Shown one piece after another: positions 36,971-50,265 of a stretch of 64,000 bases of DNA (position 1 is its first letter; the number at the start of each line of letters is the position of its first letter). Source of the DNA: Squalus acanthias (taxonomy: Eukaryota). The notes below the pieces were generated by a model. That model was given only the letters and a program-made list of their open reading frames with translations. It had not been told where the DNA came from and ran no database searches. Position numbers and translations under genes: made by a program. The stretch spans positions 146,570,001 to 146,634,000 of the forward strand of contig CM059432.1 of NCBI GenBank assembly GCA_030390025.1, read 5' to 3'.

Positions 36971-37732
36971 GGCCCGTATTTTCCGATCGGGGGCTTCCTG
37001 CGTGCGGAGGCCTCCGAACTGGAAAAAATCTACGCTCTTACCCGAGGGCTCCCGAGGTCCGGACACTTCCGCTCCTGGGCCTCTCCAACTGGAAATGCGC
37101 AGGGCCCACGTATCCCAGGGGCGCAGGCGGTTCACAAGCCTCCCTGGGATCACGTGGGCCATGGGGAGCCAACAGGAGAAGGGAATCTCCCTTCATACAC
37201 TTGACAGATAGACCTGTCAAAAGTATGAATGGAGATCACCCCAAATACACTGTAAAACATTAAATACATTTTAAAAAACCATCACGTTTTTAAAATTAGT
37301 TGAAATTACAAAAGATTAAATATTTTAAACAAAAATGTAATTTTTTGAAAAAAATAATTAAAGTTTTTTACGGGGCTAAAAATAACGTACCTTTTTTTTT
37401 TAAAGTATTTTAAAATTATAAATGAGTGAAAACATTTTTTTTTTTACCTTTTTAAACTCTTATGCTGGTAAAAGCAGGTCTTACGCAGGCTTTTACCAGG
37501 CGTAAGATTTGTAAAGGTTTTCAGCGGGCGGAGGTTCTGCAGAAAGCGGAACTCTCCCCCCGCAGAGGCCCTTCCCCAGGGCAGGCGTGCGATCTGTCAA
37601 GAGGATTCTTGCCAGATCAGAAGTGCCGGTTTTCAGCGCATGCGCTTGGCATGCCTGAAACCAGCATTTCCGATGTCGCTACGGGTGTGTACACAGCTCG
37701 TACACACCCGTAGGGATCGGAAAATACGGCCC
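36971..37732 (+). mobile_element. MITE family C, copy 2
   Basis: 18-bp TIR GGCCCGTATTTTCCGATC / GATCGGAAAATACGGCCC with ATG TSD. Confidence 0.9.
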
Positions 37733-38189
37733 ATGGTATTTCCTTGATTAACTCTGATTAGAAGTTGGTTTCAGATTGCTTATTTCAATCTGATGAAAAC
37801 TGACCTTCTGAATTCTGTATCAGTGTTTATTCACCACTGGAAGTTGGTTTCATATCTATTAACCCTGAACTAAGATTCTGCATGTCTCGGGCTTCATTCG
37901 GCCTCCTCCCAATCGCTATATATTATTTGATTAAATGTCATTTTTGTTGATAAATGGCGAAAAAGCAGAACTGGGCTTTGTCGAGCAGTGGGGAGATTGA
38001 GTACGCAGGCTGCAACAACAGGGGAGCTCCCAAAACATTGTTGCAACATGTTTCATCATCTGTCATTCAAAGAGCCAGCTCACGTTGTATTTTTAAAGGA
38101 ACAATAGTTGTTCATTTTTATTTGAAGTGTACTGTCATGGCTTGCACTATGTTACAGTTGGCAATATCAAGTGCATTGCCAGGTCTGTC

Positions 38190-38560
38190 ACTGGGCCATG
38201 CAGGTTAGGGAAGTCTCAGGTTCAATCCCTCGTTTGTGTTGAGTAAGCTGATATCAATAGTGGGGTGGGGAGTTGGGGTGGGTGGGTGGTGGGGGGGGAC
38301 AACAATTGGCACTGGCATTCCTGGGCTAGGGAGAAGGGGAAATGAGCCAAGGTTTCCTCTTCTGATTGCAATCCAGAGACTCGTGCTCCAAGCTTGCGTT
38401 TGTGGGACTTGGATGAGGAAAGAACTGGCCACAGCTGGGACACCCCCACCCACCCCCGACCATACCATGGTCAAAAAGCTTGCCTACACTTGCTGTCTCA
38501 GGTAATCTGTGAATCACCACTTGGAGGAGGTATGAGAAGACTGCCTGAACCTGTGGAACT
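38190..38560 (+). mobile_element. Degraded tRNA-derived SINE
   Basis: B-box GGTTCAATCCC; body resembles 21280-21375 plus 22255-22330. Confidence 0.45.
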
Positions 38561-38789
38561 GTACCCCCTGCATAATGCCTGCAAAGAGGAGAGATGGGGG
38601 ATAAATTCAGAACAGAATTTTTTTTGGTATAGCTGTTTTGTAAATTATTCTTTTTGCAGAGAAAGCAGAGCTACAAGAACCAAGCAACATTTCTGCCACA
38701 ATGGCACCAACCACAAGTAACATGATGATGCATTTTGACAGAGTACTGCAACGTGACGCTTTAATTGCTTTGCTATTTACAAACAAAAA

Positions 38790-39534
38790 GGGGGAAAAAT
38801 TCAGCTGCTTGCGCCTCCCGTTAGCACCTTAAGAGGGCGCTAATGGGGCGTAAAGCAGCTAACGCCCGGGCGCAGCGCCGCCCACGCCTCCCGAAAAATT
38901 TAGTGGGAGGTTAGCGGCGGCGGCAGCCGGTAGCGCCCTGTGGCGCTGCGCCGCCGGCGATGACGTCATCGCCGTGCGCAGCACCCCGCTCGCGCCCCGG
39001 CCGTGATCTTCAGTCGCGCCCCCTGATTTACCGCCAGACGCTATGTCCGACGGGTTCAGGGAGGCGTACGTGCGGCCGGGGCGGCGATATTTAAAGGGGA
39101 GGTGGCAGGCGGCCGCCTGCCAGCACCTGCCCCCGGCCCCCGTGAAGCCCCCCCACCGTGAAGTGCCGGCTGCGCTCCAAGAGCCCGGCACTTCTCTTGA
39201 GTGCCGGGCTCTTTTGCCGGCACTCCCGATCCCTGGGGGCCCAGCTGGGCCCCGGTTCGCGCTGCGCAGGGTCCCTCCCCTTTAAGAAGGGGAGGAAGGC
39301 CTGCAATACCGCGGCGCGACGTGCCGCAGCGCGTGGCGCTGCGGCACGTAGCACCAGGATATTCACTCGCAGCGCCCCAAGAGGGATGCGGGGTGCTTCC
39401 AGTGGCGCCCCGCTTCCCTCTTGGGGCGCAACCACTGAAGTTCCGGCGCGGGGCCGCTAATTTTTTCGGGGCGCTAAAAGTCGCGCCCCGGCGAGGTTAG
39501 CGCCCCAAATGGGGCGCGACTCAATTTTTACCCC
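38790..39534 (+). mobile_element. MITE with family-A ends and a distinct CpG-rich core
   Basis: TIRs GGGGGAAAAATT / AATTTTTACCCC; AAA TSD; first ~90 and last ~40 bp match 7589-8481. Confidence 0.88.
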
Positions 39535-39889
39535 AAAGTTTTTGCCAAACACCTTTTCATGAAGAGAGTGCCCTTTAATAATGTTAAAATGGTACTTGGC
39601 CTTAAATCTGCAGCGAGGATTTTCTCCTAAACATTATTGTTAAAAAAAATTACACATTTTGATTTCAAGATTTGATTTGTGTTGTTCGCACCAAACTCAT
39701 CTGACCTGATTGGCCTTTATGATGCTGTAGTGTAACACAATGGCCTAGAAATTGGAGGTGTTAGTGCTGGCCGTTGATGTTCGATTTGTTGAAAAAATGA
39801 CGGCCGCCTCACTTCCGCCCGCTTCCGACGGGTCCCGCGGCAGCCGCCATTTTCGGCTGGTCGGCGGCGCTGACGTTGCTTCTCTCAGA

Positions 39890-40345
39890 AGGGAGAGAAG
39901 CCAAGCTGAAAATGGAAGGCACAACATTAGTAACTCAGTTTGGAAGGCAGAGAAAGCAAAGGCTAGAAAATAGACAAAGGAGTTTGGCAGTGCTTAATGG
40001 TATATACTTCAATACAAGGAGTCTAGTGAATAAGGCAGATTAGCCGAGGGCACAGGTAGACATGTGGAATTATGATATCATACCTATTAATGAAACATGG
40101 CCGAAAGGAGGGCATGAATGGCAGCTTTACATTCCTAGTTATAGGGTTTTCAGACGAGATAGCGAGGGTGATAAAAAAGGAGGGTTGCAATATTGGTTAA
40201 GGAAACAATTACAGCTGTGAGGAGGGATGATATGTTAGAAGGATCATCAAATGAGGCCATATGGGTTGAACTGAAGAACAAAAAATGTGCAATCACACCG
40301 CTGGGAGTGTACTATAGACCCCCAAACAGTCAGAGGGAGGTAGAA
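39890..40345 (+). mobile_element. Older CR1 endonuclease fragment
   Basis: INETW, FRRD, IWVEL..., GVYYRPPNS motifs with stops. Confidence 0.8.
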
Positions 40346-42875
40346 GAAGCAAAAAAGGCGCAGCAGTTATCATGGGTGACTTTAATATGCATATAGATTG
40401 GGCTACTCAAACTGGAAGCAATACGGTGGAGGAGGATTTCCTGGAGTGTTTAAGGGATGGTTTCCTAAACCAATATGTTGAGGAACCAACTAGAGGGGAG
40501 GCCATCCTGGACTGGGTGTTGTGTAATGAGGAAGGACTAATCAGCAATCTTGTGGTGCGAGGCCCCTTGGGGAAGAGTGACCATAGTATGGTGGAGTTCT
40601 ACATTAGGATGGAGAAGGAAACAGTTAATTCAGAGACCATGGTCCAGAACTTAAATAAGGGCAACTTTGAGGGTATGAGGCGTGAATTGGCGAGGTTAGA
40701 TTGGCAAGCGATATTTAAGGGGTTATCAGTGGAAGGGCAATGGCAGACATTTAGAGATCGCATGGATGAAGTACAGCAATTGTACATCCCTGTCTGGCGT
40801 AAAAATAAAAAAGGGAAGGTGGCTCAACCATGGCTAACAAGGGAAATCAGGGATAGTATTAAAAGCAAGGAAGTGGCATACAAATTGGCCTGAAGTAGCA
40901 GCAAACCCGGGGACTGGGAGAACTTTAACACTCAGCAGAGGAGGACGAAGGGTTTGATTAGGGCAGGGGAAATAAAATATGAAAGGAAGCTTGCGGAGAA
41001 CATTAAAACGGACTGCAAAAGCTTCTATAAATATGTAAAAAGAAAGAGGTTAGTAAAAACAAATGTAGGTCCCCTGCAGTCAGAAACAGGGGAAGTCATA
41101 ATGGGGAACAAAGAAATGGCAGATCAATTAAACAAGTACTTTGGTTCGGTGTTTACTGTGGAGGACACAAACAACCTTCCGGAAATAAAAGAGATCAAAG
41201 GATCTGGTAAGAGGGAGGAGCTGAGGGAAATCCTTATCAGTCGGGAAAAGGTGTTGGGGAAATTGATGGGACTGAAGGCTGATAAATCCCCAGGGCCTGA
41301 TGGTCTGCATCCCAGAGTACTTAAGGAGGTGGCCTTGGAAATAGTGGATGCATTGACGATCATTTTCCAACATTCCTTAGACTCTGGATCAGTTCCGAAG
41401 GAGTGGAGGGTGGCTAATGTAACCCCTCTTTTTAAAAAAGGAGGGAGGGAGAAAGCAGGGAATTATAGACCGGTCAGCCTGACATCGGCGGTGGGTAAAA
41501 TGATGGAATCAATTATTAAAGATGTCATAACAGACCATTTGGAAAGTGGTGACATGATAGGTCCAAGTCAGCATGGATTTGTGAAAGGGAAATCATGCTT
41601 GACAAATCTTCTGGAATTTTTTGAGGATGTTTCCAATAGGGTGGACGGGGGGGAACCAGTAGATGTGGTGTATTTGGACTTTCAGAAGGCCTTCGACAAG
41701 GTCCCACACAAGAGATTGGTGTGCAAAGTTAAAGCACATGGGATTGGGGGTAATGTGTTGACGTGGATTGAGAACTGGTTGGCACACAGGAAACAAAGAG
41801 TAGGAGTAAATGGGTACTTTTCAGAATGGCAGGCAGTGACCAGCGGGGTACCGCAGGGTTCGGTGCTGGGGCCCCAGCTGTTTACATTATATATTAATGA
41901 TTTGGACGAAGGGATTAATTGTAATATCTCCAAATTTGCGGATGACACTAAATTGGGAGGCAGTGTGAACAATGAGGAGGATGCTAGGAGGCTACAGAGT
42001 AACTTGGACAGGTTGGGTGAATGGGCAAATGTATGGCAGATGAAGTACAATGTGGATAAATGTGAGGTTATTCACTTTGGTGGTTAAAATAGAGAGGCGG
42101 ACTATTACCTGAATGGTGGCAGATTAGGGAAAGGGGACGTGCAACGAGACCTGGGCGTCATGGTACATCAGTCACTGAAGGTGGGAAGGCAAGTGCAGCA
42201 GGCAGTCAAGAAAGCAAATGGCATGATGGCCTTCATAGCAAGGGGATTTGAGTACAGGAGTAGGGAGGTGATGCTACAGTTGTACAGGGTCTTGGTGAGG
42301 CCACACCTGGAGTATTGTGTGCAGTTTTGGTCTCCTAACTTGAGGAAGGACATTCTTGCTATTGAGGGAGTGCAACGAAGGTTCACTAGATTGATTCCTG
42401 GGATGGCCAGACTGACATATCAAGAAAGACTGGATCAACTGAACTTGTATCCTCTGGAGTTCAGAAGAATGAGGGGGGATCTTATAGAGACGTTTAAAAT
42501 CCTGACTGGTTTAGACAAATTAGATGCGGGCAGAATGTTTCCAATGTTAGGGAAAACTAGAACCAGGGGTCACAGTCTAAGGATAAAGGGGAAGCCATTT
42601 AAGACTGAGATGAGGAGGAACTTCTTCACCCAGAGAGTGGTGAATCTGTGGAATTCTCTACCACAGAAGGTTGTTGAGGCCAGTTCGCTAAATATATTCA
42701 AAAGGGAGTTAGATATAATACTCACAACTAGGGGGATCAAGGGGTATGGCGAGAAAGCAGGAATGGGGTACTGAGGTAGCATGTTCAGCCATGAACGCAT
42801 TAAATGGCGGTGCAGGCTCGAAGGACCGAATGGTCAACTCCTGCACCTATTTTCTATGTTTCTATGTTTCTATGT
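40346..42875 (+). mobile_element. Young CR1 LINE, most of ORF2 plus 3' UTR, broken by two in-frame stops
   Basis: Same-frame ORFs 40372-40893, 40954-42087, 42139-42774; (TTTCTATG)n tail. Confidence 0.97.
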
Positions 42876-42879
42876 AAGA

Positions 42880-45132
42880 GCAAATCATGACAGCATTGGT
42901 AGCAGTGACCTCTGCACAGTCCTTGTGGAGACGAAGTCCCGTCTTCACACTGAGGACATCCTCCATCGTGTTGTGTGGCACTACCACCGGGCTAAATGGG
43001 ATAGATTCAGAACAGATCTAGCAGCTCAAAACTGGGCATCCATGAGGCGCTGTGGGCCATCAGCAGCAGCAGAATTGTATTCCACCACAATCTGTAACCT
43101 CATGGCTTGGCATATCCCTCAATCTACCATTACCATCAAGCCAGGGGACCAACCCTGGTTCAATGAAGAGTGTAGAAGAGCATGCCAGGAGCAGCACCAG
43201 GCGTACCTAAAAATGAGGTGCCAACCTGGTGAAGCTACAACACAGGACTACATACATGCCAAACAGCGAAAGCAGCATGCTATAGACAGAGCTAAGTGAT
43301 CCCACAATCAACAGTCAGATCAAAGCTCTGCAGTCCTGCCACATCAAGTCATGAATGGTGGTGGACAATTAAACAACTAACGAGAGGAAGAGGTTCCATG
43401 CATATCCCCATCCCCAATGATGGCAGAGCCCAGCACGTGAGTGCACAAGACAAGGCTGAAGCGTTTGCAACCATCTTCAGCCAGAAGTGCCGAGTGGATG
43501 ATCCATCTCTGCCTCCTCCTGAGGTCTCCACCATCATAGTCTTCAGTCAATTCGAATCACTCCACATGATATCAAGAAATGGCTGAGCGCACTGGATACA
43601 GCAAAGGCTATGGGCCCCGACAACATCCCGGCTATCGTGCTGAAGACTTGTTCTCCAGAACTAGCCGTGCCTCTAGCCAAGCTGTTCCAGTACAGCTACA
43701 ACACTGGCATCTATCCGACAATGTGGAAAATTGTCCAGGTATATCCTGTCCACAAAAATTCGGACAAATCCAATCCAGCCAATTACTGCCCCATCAGTAT
43801 ACTCTCAATCCTCAGCAAAGTGATGGAAGGTATCATCGACAGTGCTATCAAACGGCACTTACTTACCAATAACCTGCTCACCGATGCTCAGTTTGGGTTC
43901 CACCAAGACCACTCAGCTCCAGACTTCATTACAGCCTTGGTCCAAACATGGACAAAAGAGCTCATTCTAAAGCTGAGGTGAGAGTAACTGCCCTTGACAT
44001 CAAGGCAGCATTTCACTGAATGTGCATCAAGGAATCCTAGTAAAATTGAAGTCAATGGGAATCAAGGGAGTGACTCTCTACTGGTTGAAGTCATAACTAC
44101 CACAAAGGAAGATGGTTGTGGTTGTTGGAGGCCAATCATTTCATCTCCAGAATGTCACTGTAGGAGTTCCTCAGGACAGTGTCCTAGGCCTAATCATCTT
44201 CAGCTACTTCATCAATGACCTTCCCTCCATCATAAGGTCAGAAGTGGGGATGTTCGCTGATGACTGCACAGTGTTCACTTCAATTCGCAACTCCTCAGAC
44301 AATGAAGCAGTCCGTGACCACATGCAGCAAGACCTGTATGACATTCAGACTTAGGCTGATAAGTGGCAAGTAACATTCACGCCACACAAGTGCCAGGCAA
44401 TGACTACCTCCAGCAAGAGAGAGACTCACCACCACCCCTTGACATTCAATGGCATTACCATCATCGAATCCCCCACCATCAACATCCTGGGGGTCACCAT
44501 TGACCAGAAACTTAACTGGACCAGCCACATAAATACTGTGGCTACAAGAGCAGGTCAGAGACTAGGTATTCTGTGGCGAGTGTCTCATCTCTTGACTCCC
44601 CAAAGCCTTTCCAGCATCTACAAGGCACAAGTAAGGAGTGTGATAGAATACTCTCCACTTGCCTGGATGAGTGCAACTCCAACAACACTCAAGAAGCTCG
44701 ACACCATCCAGGACAAAGCAGCCCGCTTGATTGCCACCCCATCCACCACCTTAAACATTCACTCCCTCCACCACCAGCGCACCGTGGCTGCAGTGTGTAC
44801 CATCTACAAGATGCACTGCAGCAACTCACCAAGGCTTCTTCGGCAGCACCTCCCAAACCTGCGACCTCTTCCAACTAGAAGGACAGGTGCATGGGAACAC
44901 CATCACTTCCAAATTACACACCATCCTGACTTGGAAATATACCGCCATTCCTTCATCGTCGCTGGGTCAAAATCCTGGAACTTCCTACCTAACAGCACTG
45001 TCGAAGTACCTTCACCTCACGGGCTGCAGCGGTTCAAGAAGGCGGCTCTCCACCACCTTCTCAAGGCCAATTAGAGATGGGCAATAAATGCTGGCCTTGC
45101 CAGTGACGCCCACATCCCAGGAACAAAAAAAA
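42880..45132 (+). mobile_element. Second CR1-group LINE family, 5' truncated, degenerate ORF2
   Basis: QPWFNEEC, MGPDNIP, ANYCPIS, QFGF, GVPQDSVLG, MFADD; AATAAA and A-tail. Confidence 0.92.
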
Positions 45133-45819
45133 TTAGTGAAAGGCTGAGGCCCCAACACAGATGCCTGGGGGATACCACTAGCCACATCCTGCCATATATT
45201 TTAAAAATGCAGTCAGATGCTTCAGTCTTTGTATATTAAAAATCCATGTAATGTGAGTTTCTTTTCAAAGTAGTACTTTTACATAAAAGGCATTCCTTAA
45301 ATAATCTGTTTCAGTATATTACCGTGAGGTATTTTCTCAAAAGATTAATATTCCATGTCAATCCACGCTCGGAGAGCATAAATAATAAATCTACAGTATT
45401 TGGCGTTCCCATTATGAATTCTGCGTACCAGTTCTTAAGGCATTGACAAAACTCAGCTGTGTCTGAAGCTTTCATTACTATATTTATTTCAAATTATTCA
45501 GCTCAGCAACTTTTTCTCCATGTAGTTTTGAGTTCAGGCACCAAAAGGTCTCAAGATGTTTCTGTAACATAATGGAAAGCCAAGCCCATGAAAATCGGCA
45601 CGGCACCGTACCACCTGGTTTTTCAGCGCTACTCGTGGCGTTTTGTGTCCAAGATGGCGTCCTCGCTGCGCATGCACACTTCTGGTACGGACCGCGCCAG
45701 ACGCCATTTTGGTGCAGTCGTTAACGCGGGCGCTGGGAACGTGCGCCAGAAGTATGCAGAGCAGGCAGATCGTGAAGCCACCACAAAACAAACATTCCAA
45801 ACCAATTTTATAAATCAAA

Positions 45820-47225
45820 GCATCCAATATTATATACCAATGTCAACAAATCACCCTAGTGCAATCCCTTAGTTCCTGCCTTGCATGTGCCTTAGCCTTT
45901 CCTAGTGTTCCTAGTGGTTAACTTCCTTATCTGAGGAAGGATGTTCTTGCCATGGAGGGAGTTCAGCGAAGATTCACAAGGCTGATACCTGGGATGGCAG
46001 GAATGACATATGAGGAGAGATTGGGTCGATTGGGCTTATACTCGCTTGAGTATAGAAGAATGAGAGGGGATCTCATCGAAACTTATAAAATTCTGACAGG
46101 TCTGGACAAACTAGATGCAGGAAGAATGTTCCCGATGGTCGGAGAGTCCAGAACCAGGGGTCATAATCTAAGGATAAGGGGTAAGCCATTTAGGACAGAA
46201 ATGAGGAAGAATTTCTTCACCCAGAGAGTGGTGAACCTGTGGAATTCTCTACCACAGAAGGTAGTTGAGGCCAAGTCATTAAATATATTCAAGAATGAGT
46301 TAGATATATTTCTTAAAGCTAAAGGTATCAAGGGATATGGGGAGAAGGCAGGTACAGGGTACTGAGTTTGGATGATCAGCCATGATCTCATCGAATGGCG
46401 GAGCAGGCTCGAGGGGCTGAATGGCCTACTCCTGCTCCAATCTTCTATGTTTCTATGTTTCTATGGTTGCAGCATGGCTGGTGGAAGGCTGCTGAGTTTC
46501 AGTGAGGGAGACTGCAGATACCTTGCAGGACGACCTCAAGCATCTCTGGGTCTAGAAGGCCCGGATTCAGATTGCACCACCTCGGCATGAGTGGCAGCAG
46601 TCCGGGCTGGCTGGCTGACAGGCAACAGCCAGGACATTGGCGGAGTGGCAGTGGTGGGAGGAAGAATGCTGTTATCCTGAGAGACGACATCAGGGTCGTG
46701 CTCCATGGCACCTCAGCAATCCTAGTAATCTGTTGGAGGACAGATTGCTGGATTTCCGTGACACACTGCAAGCCATTTCAACACTGGTAACTGCAGCCAC
46801 GATGGCAGCAGTGTGAGCTTGCGTGACAGAAGTATGAGCTGGAAAGGATGGGCTCCAAGCTCTGCCCAAAGCCCTGTGCAAGGTTGGTGCCGGACTCCTC
46901 CATGCTCCTTGACATTGCACACGGGCTTTCTGGCAGGCCTGCCAATGCAACAAGCATTTCATTGTGCATAACCATCAGCCTTCTTCTGTAGGCAGCCCCA
47001 TCAATGTCCTCATCTGAGTCCTCTGCAGCAGAACATGTGTGCGACCTCACACCGAGCTGGCATCTGCGTTACCCTTTTCTCCTGCCCTGGCTGCAGGACC
47101 CGTTGTGCCTGATGTCTCACCACGTTCAGATCCCATGTCTAACCTCTAAATGATGCAGAGTGTCAGTATCTGAGCTGGTGGCTGCGAGTGTGAAATCGAG
47201 TGACGGTGCTGTGGCTTCAGCATCA
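45820..47225 (-). pseudogene. Harbinger Myb-gene 3' exon remnant, split by CR1 (45915-46465)
   Basis: 46620-47225 homologous to 33080-33840. Confidence 0.75.
45915..46465 (+). mobile_element. Young CR1 3' end
   Basis: ORF 45952-46365, tail (TTTCTATG)n. Confidence 0.95.
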
Positions 47226-47229
47226 CTGC

Positions 47230-48924
47230 CTGAGGCTGGGAGCGGTGACTCGGGCTGGGAGCGGTGACTCGGGCTGGGAGCGGTGACTGGGGCTGGGAGC
47301 GGTGACTCGGGCTGGGAGCGGTGACTCGCGCTGGGAGCGGTGACTCGGGCTGGGAGCGGTGACTGAGGCTGGGAGCGGTGACTCGGGCTGGGAGCGGTGA
47401 CTGGGGCTGGGAGCGGTGACTCGGGCTGGGAGCGGTGACTCGGGCTGGGAGCGGTGACTGGGGCTGGGAGCGGTGACTGGGTCTGGGAGCGGTGACTCGG
47501 GCTGGGAGCGGTGACTCGGGCTGGGAGCGGTGACTGGGGCTGGGAGCGGTGACTGGGGCTGGGAGCGGTGACTCGGGCTGGGAGCGGTGACTCGGGCTGG
47601 GAGCGGTGACTCGGGCTGGGAGCGGTGACTGGGGCTGGGAGCGGTGACTGGGTCTGGGAGCGGTGACTCGGGCTGGGAGCGGTGACTGGGGCTGGGAGCG
47701 GTGACTCGGGCTGGGAGCGGTGACTCGGGCTGGGAGCGGTGACTGGGGCTGGGAGCGGTGACTCGGGCTGGGAGCGGTGACTCGGGCTGGGAGCGGTGAC
47801 TGGGGCTGGGAGCGGTGACTCGGGCTGGGAGCGGTGACTGGGGCTGGGAGCGGTGACTCGGGCTGGGAGCGGTGACTGGGGCTGGGAGCGGTGACTGGGG
47901 CTTGGAGCGGTGACTGGGCTGGGAGCGGTGACTCGGGCTGGGAGCGGTGACTCGCACTGGGAGCGGTGACTGGGGCTGGGAGCGGTGACTCGGGCTGGGA
48001 GCGGTGACTCGGGCTGGGAGCGGTGACTGGGGCTGGGAGCGGTGACTCGGGCTGGGAGCGGTGACTGGGGCTGGGAGCGGTGACTCGGGCTGGGAGCGGT
48101 GACTGGGGCTGGGAGCGGTGACTGGGGCTTGGAGCGGTGACTGGGGCTGGGAGCGGTGACTCGGGCTGGGAGCGGTGACTCGCACTGGGAGCGGTGACTG
48201 GGGCTGGGAGCGGTGACTCGGGCTGGGAGCGGTGACTGGGGCTGGGAGCGGTGACTCGGGCTGGGAGCAGTGACTGGGGCTGGGAGCGGTGACTCGGGCT
48301 GGGAGCGGTGACTCGCGCTGGGAGCGGTGACTGGGTCTGGGAGCGGTGACTCGCGCTGGGAGTGGTGACTCGCGCTGGGAGCGGTGACTCGGGCTGGGAG
48401 CGGTGACTCGGGCTGGGAGCGGTGACTGGGGCTGGGAGCGGTGACTCGGGCTGGGAGCGGTGACTCGGGCTGGGAGCGGTGACTCGGGCTGGGAGCAGTG
48501 ACTGGGGCTGGGAGCGGTGACTCGGGCTGGGAGCGGTGACTCGCGCTGGGAGCGGTGACTGGGTCTGGGAGCGGTGACTCGCGCTGGGAGTGGTGACTCG
48601 CGCTGGGAGCGGTGACTCGGGCTGGGAGCGGTGACTCGGGCTGGGAGCGGTGACTGGGGCTGGGAGCGGTGACTCGGGCTGGGAGCGGTGACTCGGGCTG
48701 GGAGCGGTGACTCGGGCTGGGAGCGGTGACTGGGGCTGGGAGCGGTGACTCGGGCTGGGAGCGGTGACTCGGGCTGGGAGCGGTGACTGGGGCTGGGAGT
48801 GGTGACTCGGGCTGGGAGCGGTGACTCGGGCTGGGAGCGGTGACTGGGGCTGGGAGCGGTGACTCGCGCTGGGAGCGGTGACTCGGGCTGGGAGCGGTGA
48901 CTCGGGCTGGGAGCGGTGACTCGC
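47230..48924. repeat. G-rich 19-bp minisatellite, ~89 copies
   Basis: Unit GGGCTGGGAGCGGTGACT(C/G) with variant units. Confidence 0.98.
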
Positions 48925-49303
48925 GTTGCCAACCATGGTTGAACTTATTCCTGCAGGATTAATGACATGACCTCCTGCCTCCACATTCCCCGCCCCCACA
49001 CTCTCGCCCTCGGTTGACTGACATGTCCATTCTCACGGTGTAACGTCTTCATTGGCCAATTGGAAAGTGAGCACACTCTTCATTTCCCGATTGTTTGATT
49101 CTTAACTGTCAGTCCAACATCCTCTTTTCCCATGTCCAATATTTTTAGAACTAGGAAGCAAAAGCGTTCAAAGAATTTTTTTTTAAAAACACAATTTTTC
49201 ATTGCCTCTATCAGTCTTCTCCCGGTTTTCTCGCAGTGGTGTGCTGTAGATTAGTTTTTAATTCCTGGAAACTTCAGGACAATCCTGGAGGGCTGGCAGC
49301 CCT
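48922..49303. mobile_element. hAT-like (Blackjack-type TIR) non-autonomous element
   Basis: Ends GTTGCCAACC... / ...GGGCTGGCAGCCCT resemble AGGGTTGCCAAC TIRs; left end eroded by the minisatellite. Confidence 0.45.
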
Positions 49304-49418
49304 CGTGGTGACGAATGATGGGTTCCAGCTCCATGGGTGTCAGTCCTTGCCCGAGCGCCTGTTAGTCATGTGTGAACCTGGTCAGTGCCCGCTCTCTGCT
49401 CCCCTTGAAGTCCTCCTT

Positions 49419-50265
49419 GGGCTGGATTTTGTCAATGGGAAGCTTTTGGGGGCGGGACTCCCACTTGTCGGGTTTCAGTCCCGCCTCCATCGACTTCTGG
49501 CCAACCCACGCTATTTTCCCTTGATTGACCTTGTTAAGCCCGCCCAGTGGACTTAGCAGGCCAATTAAGGGAAAGCCAGTGACAGAGAAAGTCAGCGAGT
49601 GACGTTTCATCTGTCAAAAATTTTTGACAGATGAATTGTCATCGTTTGACGGCTCTGTGAAGCTGTCAAACACTGACATTCTCTATAGTTTGATGAGTCC
49701 TTGTATTCAAGACCTCATCAAACCTCTTTTGTGAGCAGAAATCAGATGGTTGTTGCATCGGAGAATGCAGCAGCCATCTGTCATCTCTGCCGGTGAGATG
49801 CGAGAGTCTCCGGTTCCCCAACTGTTGAAGCCTGCAAGAAAAAACAAAAGTAAGGAAACAGTTTCTATCACTTTTCACTCACCTCACATACTTACCTCTC
49901 CACACTTGCACCCATCACTTACCTCCACAGTGCATTTTTGGACCCCTCCGACCCCCGCAGACCCACTGCTCGCCTCGCTGACCCTGGCGGGGTTTCCCGA
50001 CGGAGGGAAGTCCGCACTTGCAGGGGTAAAATGGGGATAATCCTCTTAACTGCCTGTTAACGACCTGTTAACAGGCAGTTAAGTGGCTGTAATTGCCTTC
50101 CCGCCTCAAGGAGGCAGCTCCCAGCGCGGGTCGGGTACCCGCCTCCTGGGAAGATGGCACGGAGACGGGTTGGGGGCGAGATGGTTACCCGCCCCCAGAT
50201 TCTGCCATTTTCCCGGCAGTCCCGCCTCCAAACCCGCCTCCCCAGGGCTGGCAAAATTCCCCCCC
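49419..50265 (-). mobile_element. MITE family B, copy 2
   Basis: CTT TSD; TIRs GGGCTGGATTTTG / GCAAAATTCCCCC; reverse complement of 57806-58599. Confidence 0.9.

Noticed and set aside
40372..42774. Active full-length CR1
   Set aside because: Two in-frame stops (40891, 42085), 5' truncated, no ORF1.
47146..48999. 617-aa and 569-aa Pro/Ser-rich ORFs as mucin-like genes
   Set aside because: By-product of a stop-free 19-bp repeat (not a multiple of 3), non-ATG starts, same peptide in several frames.
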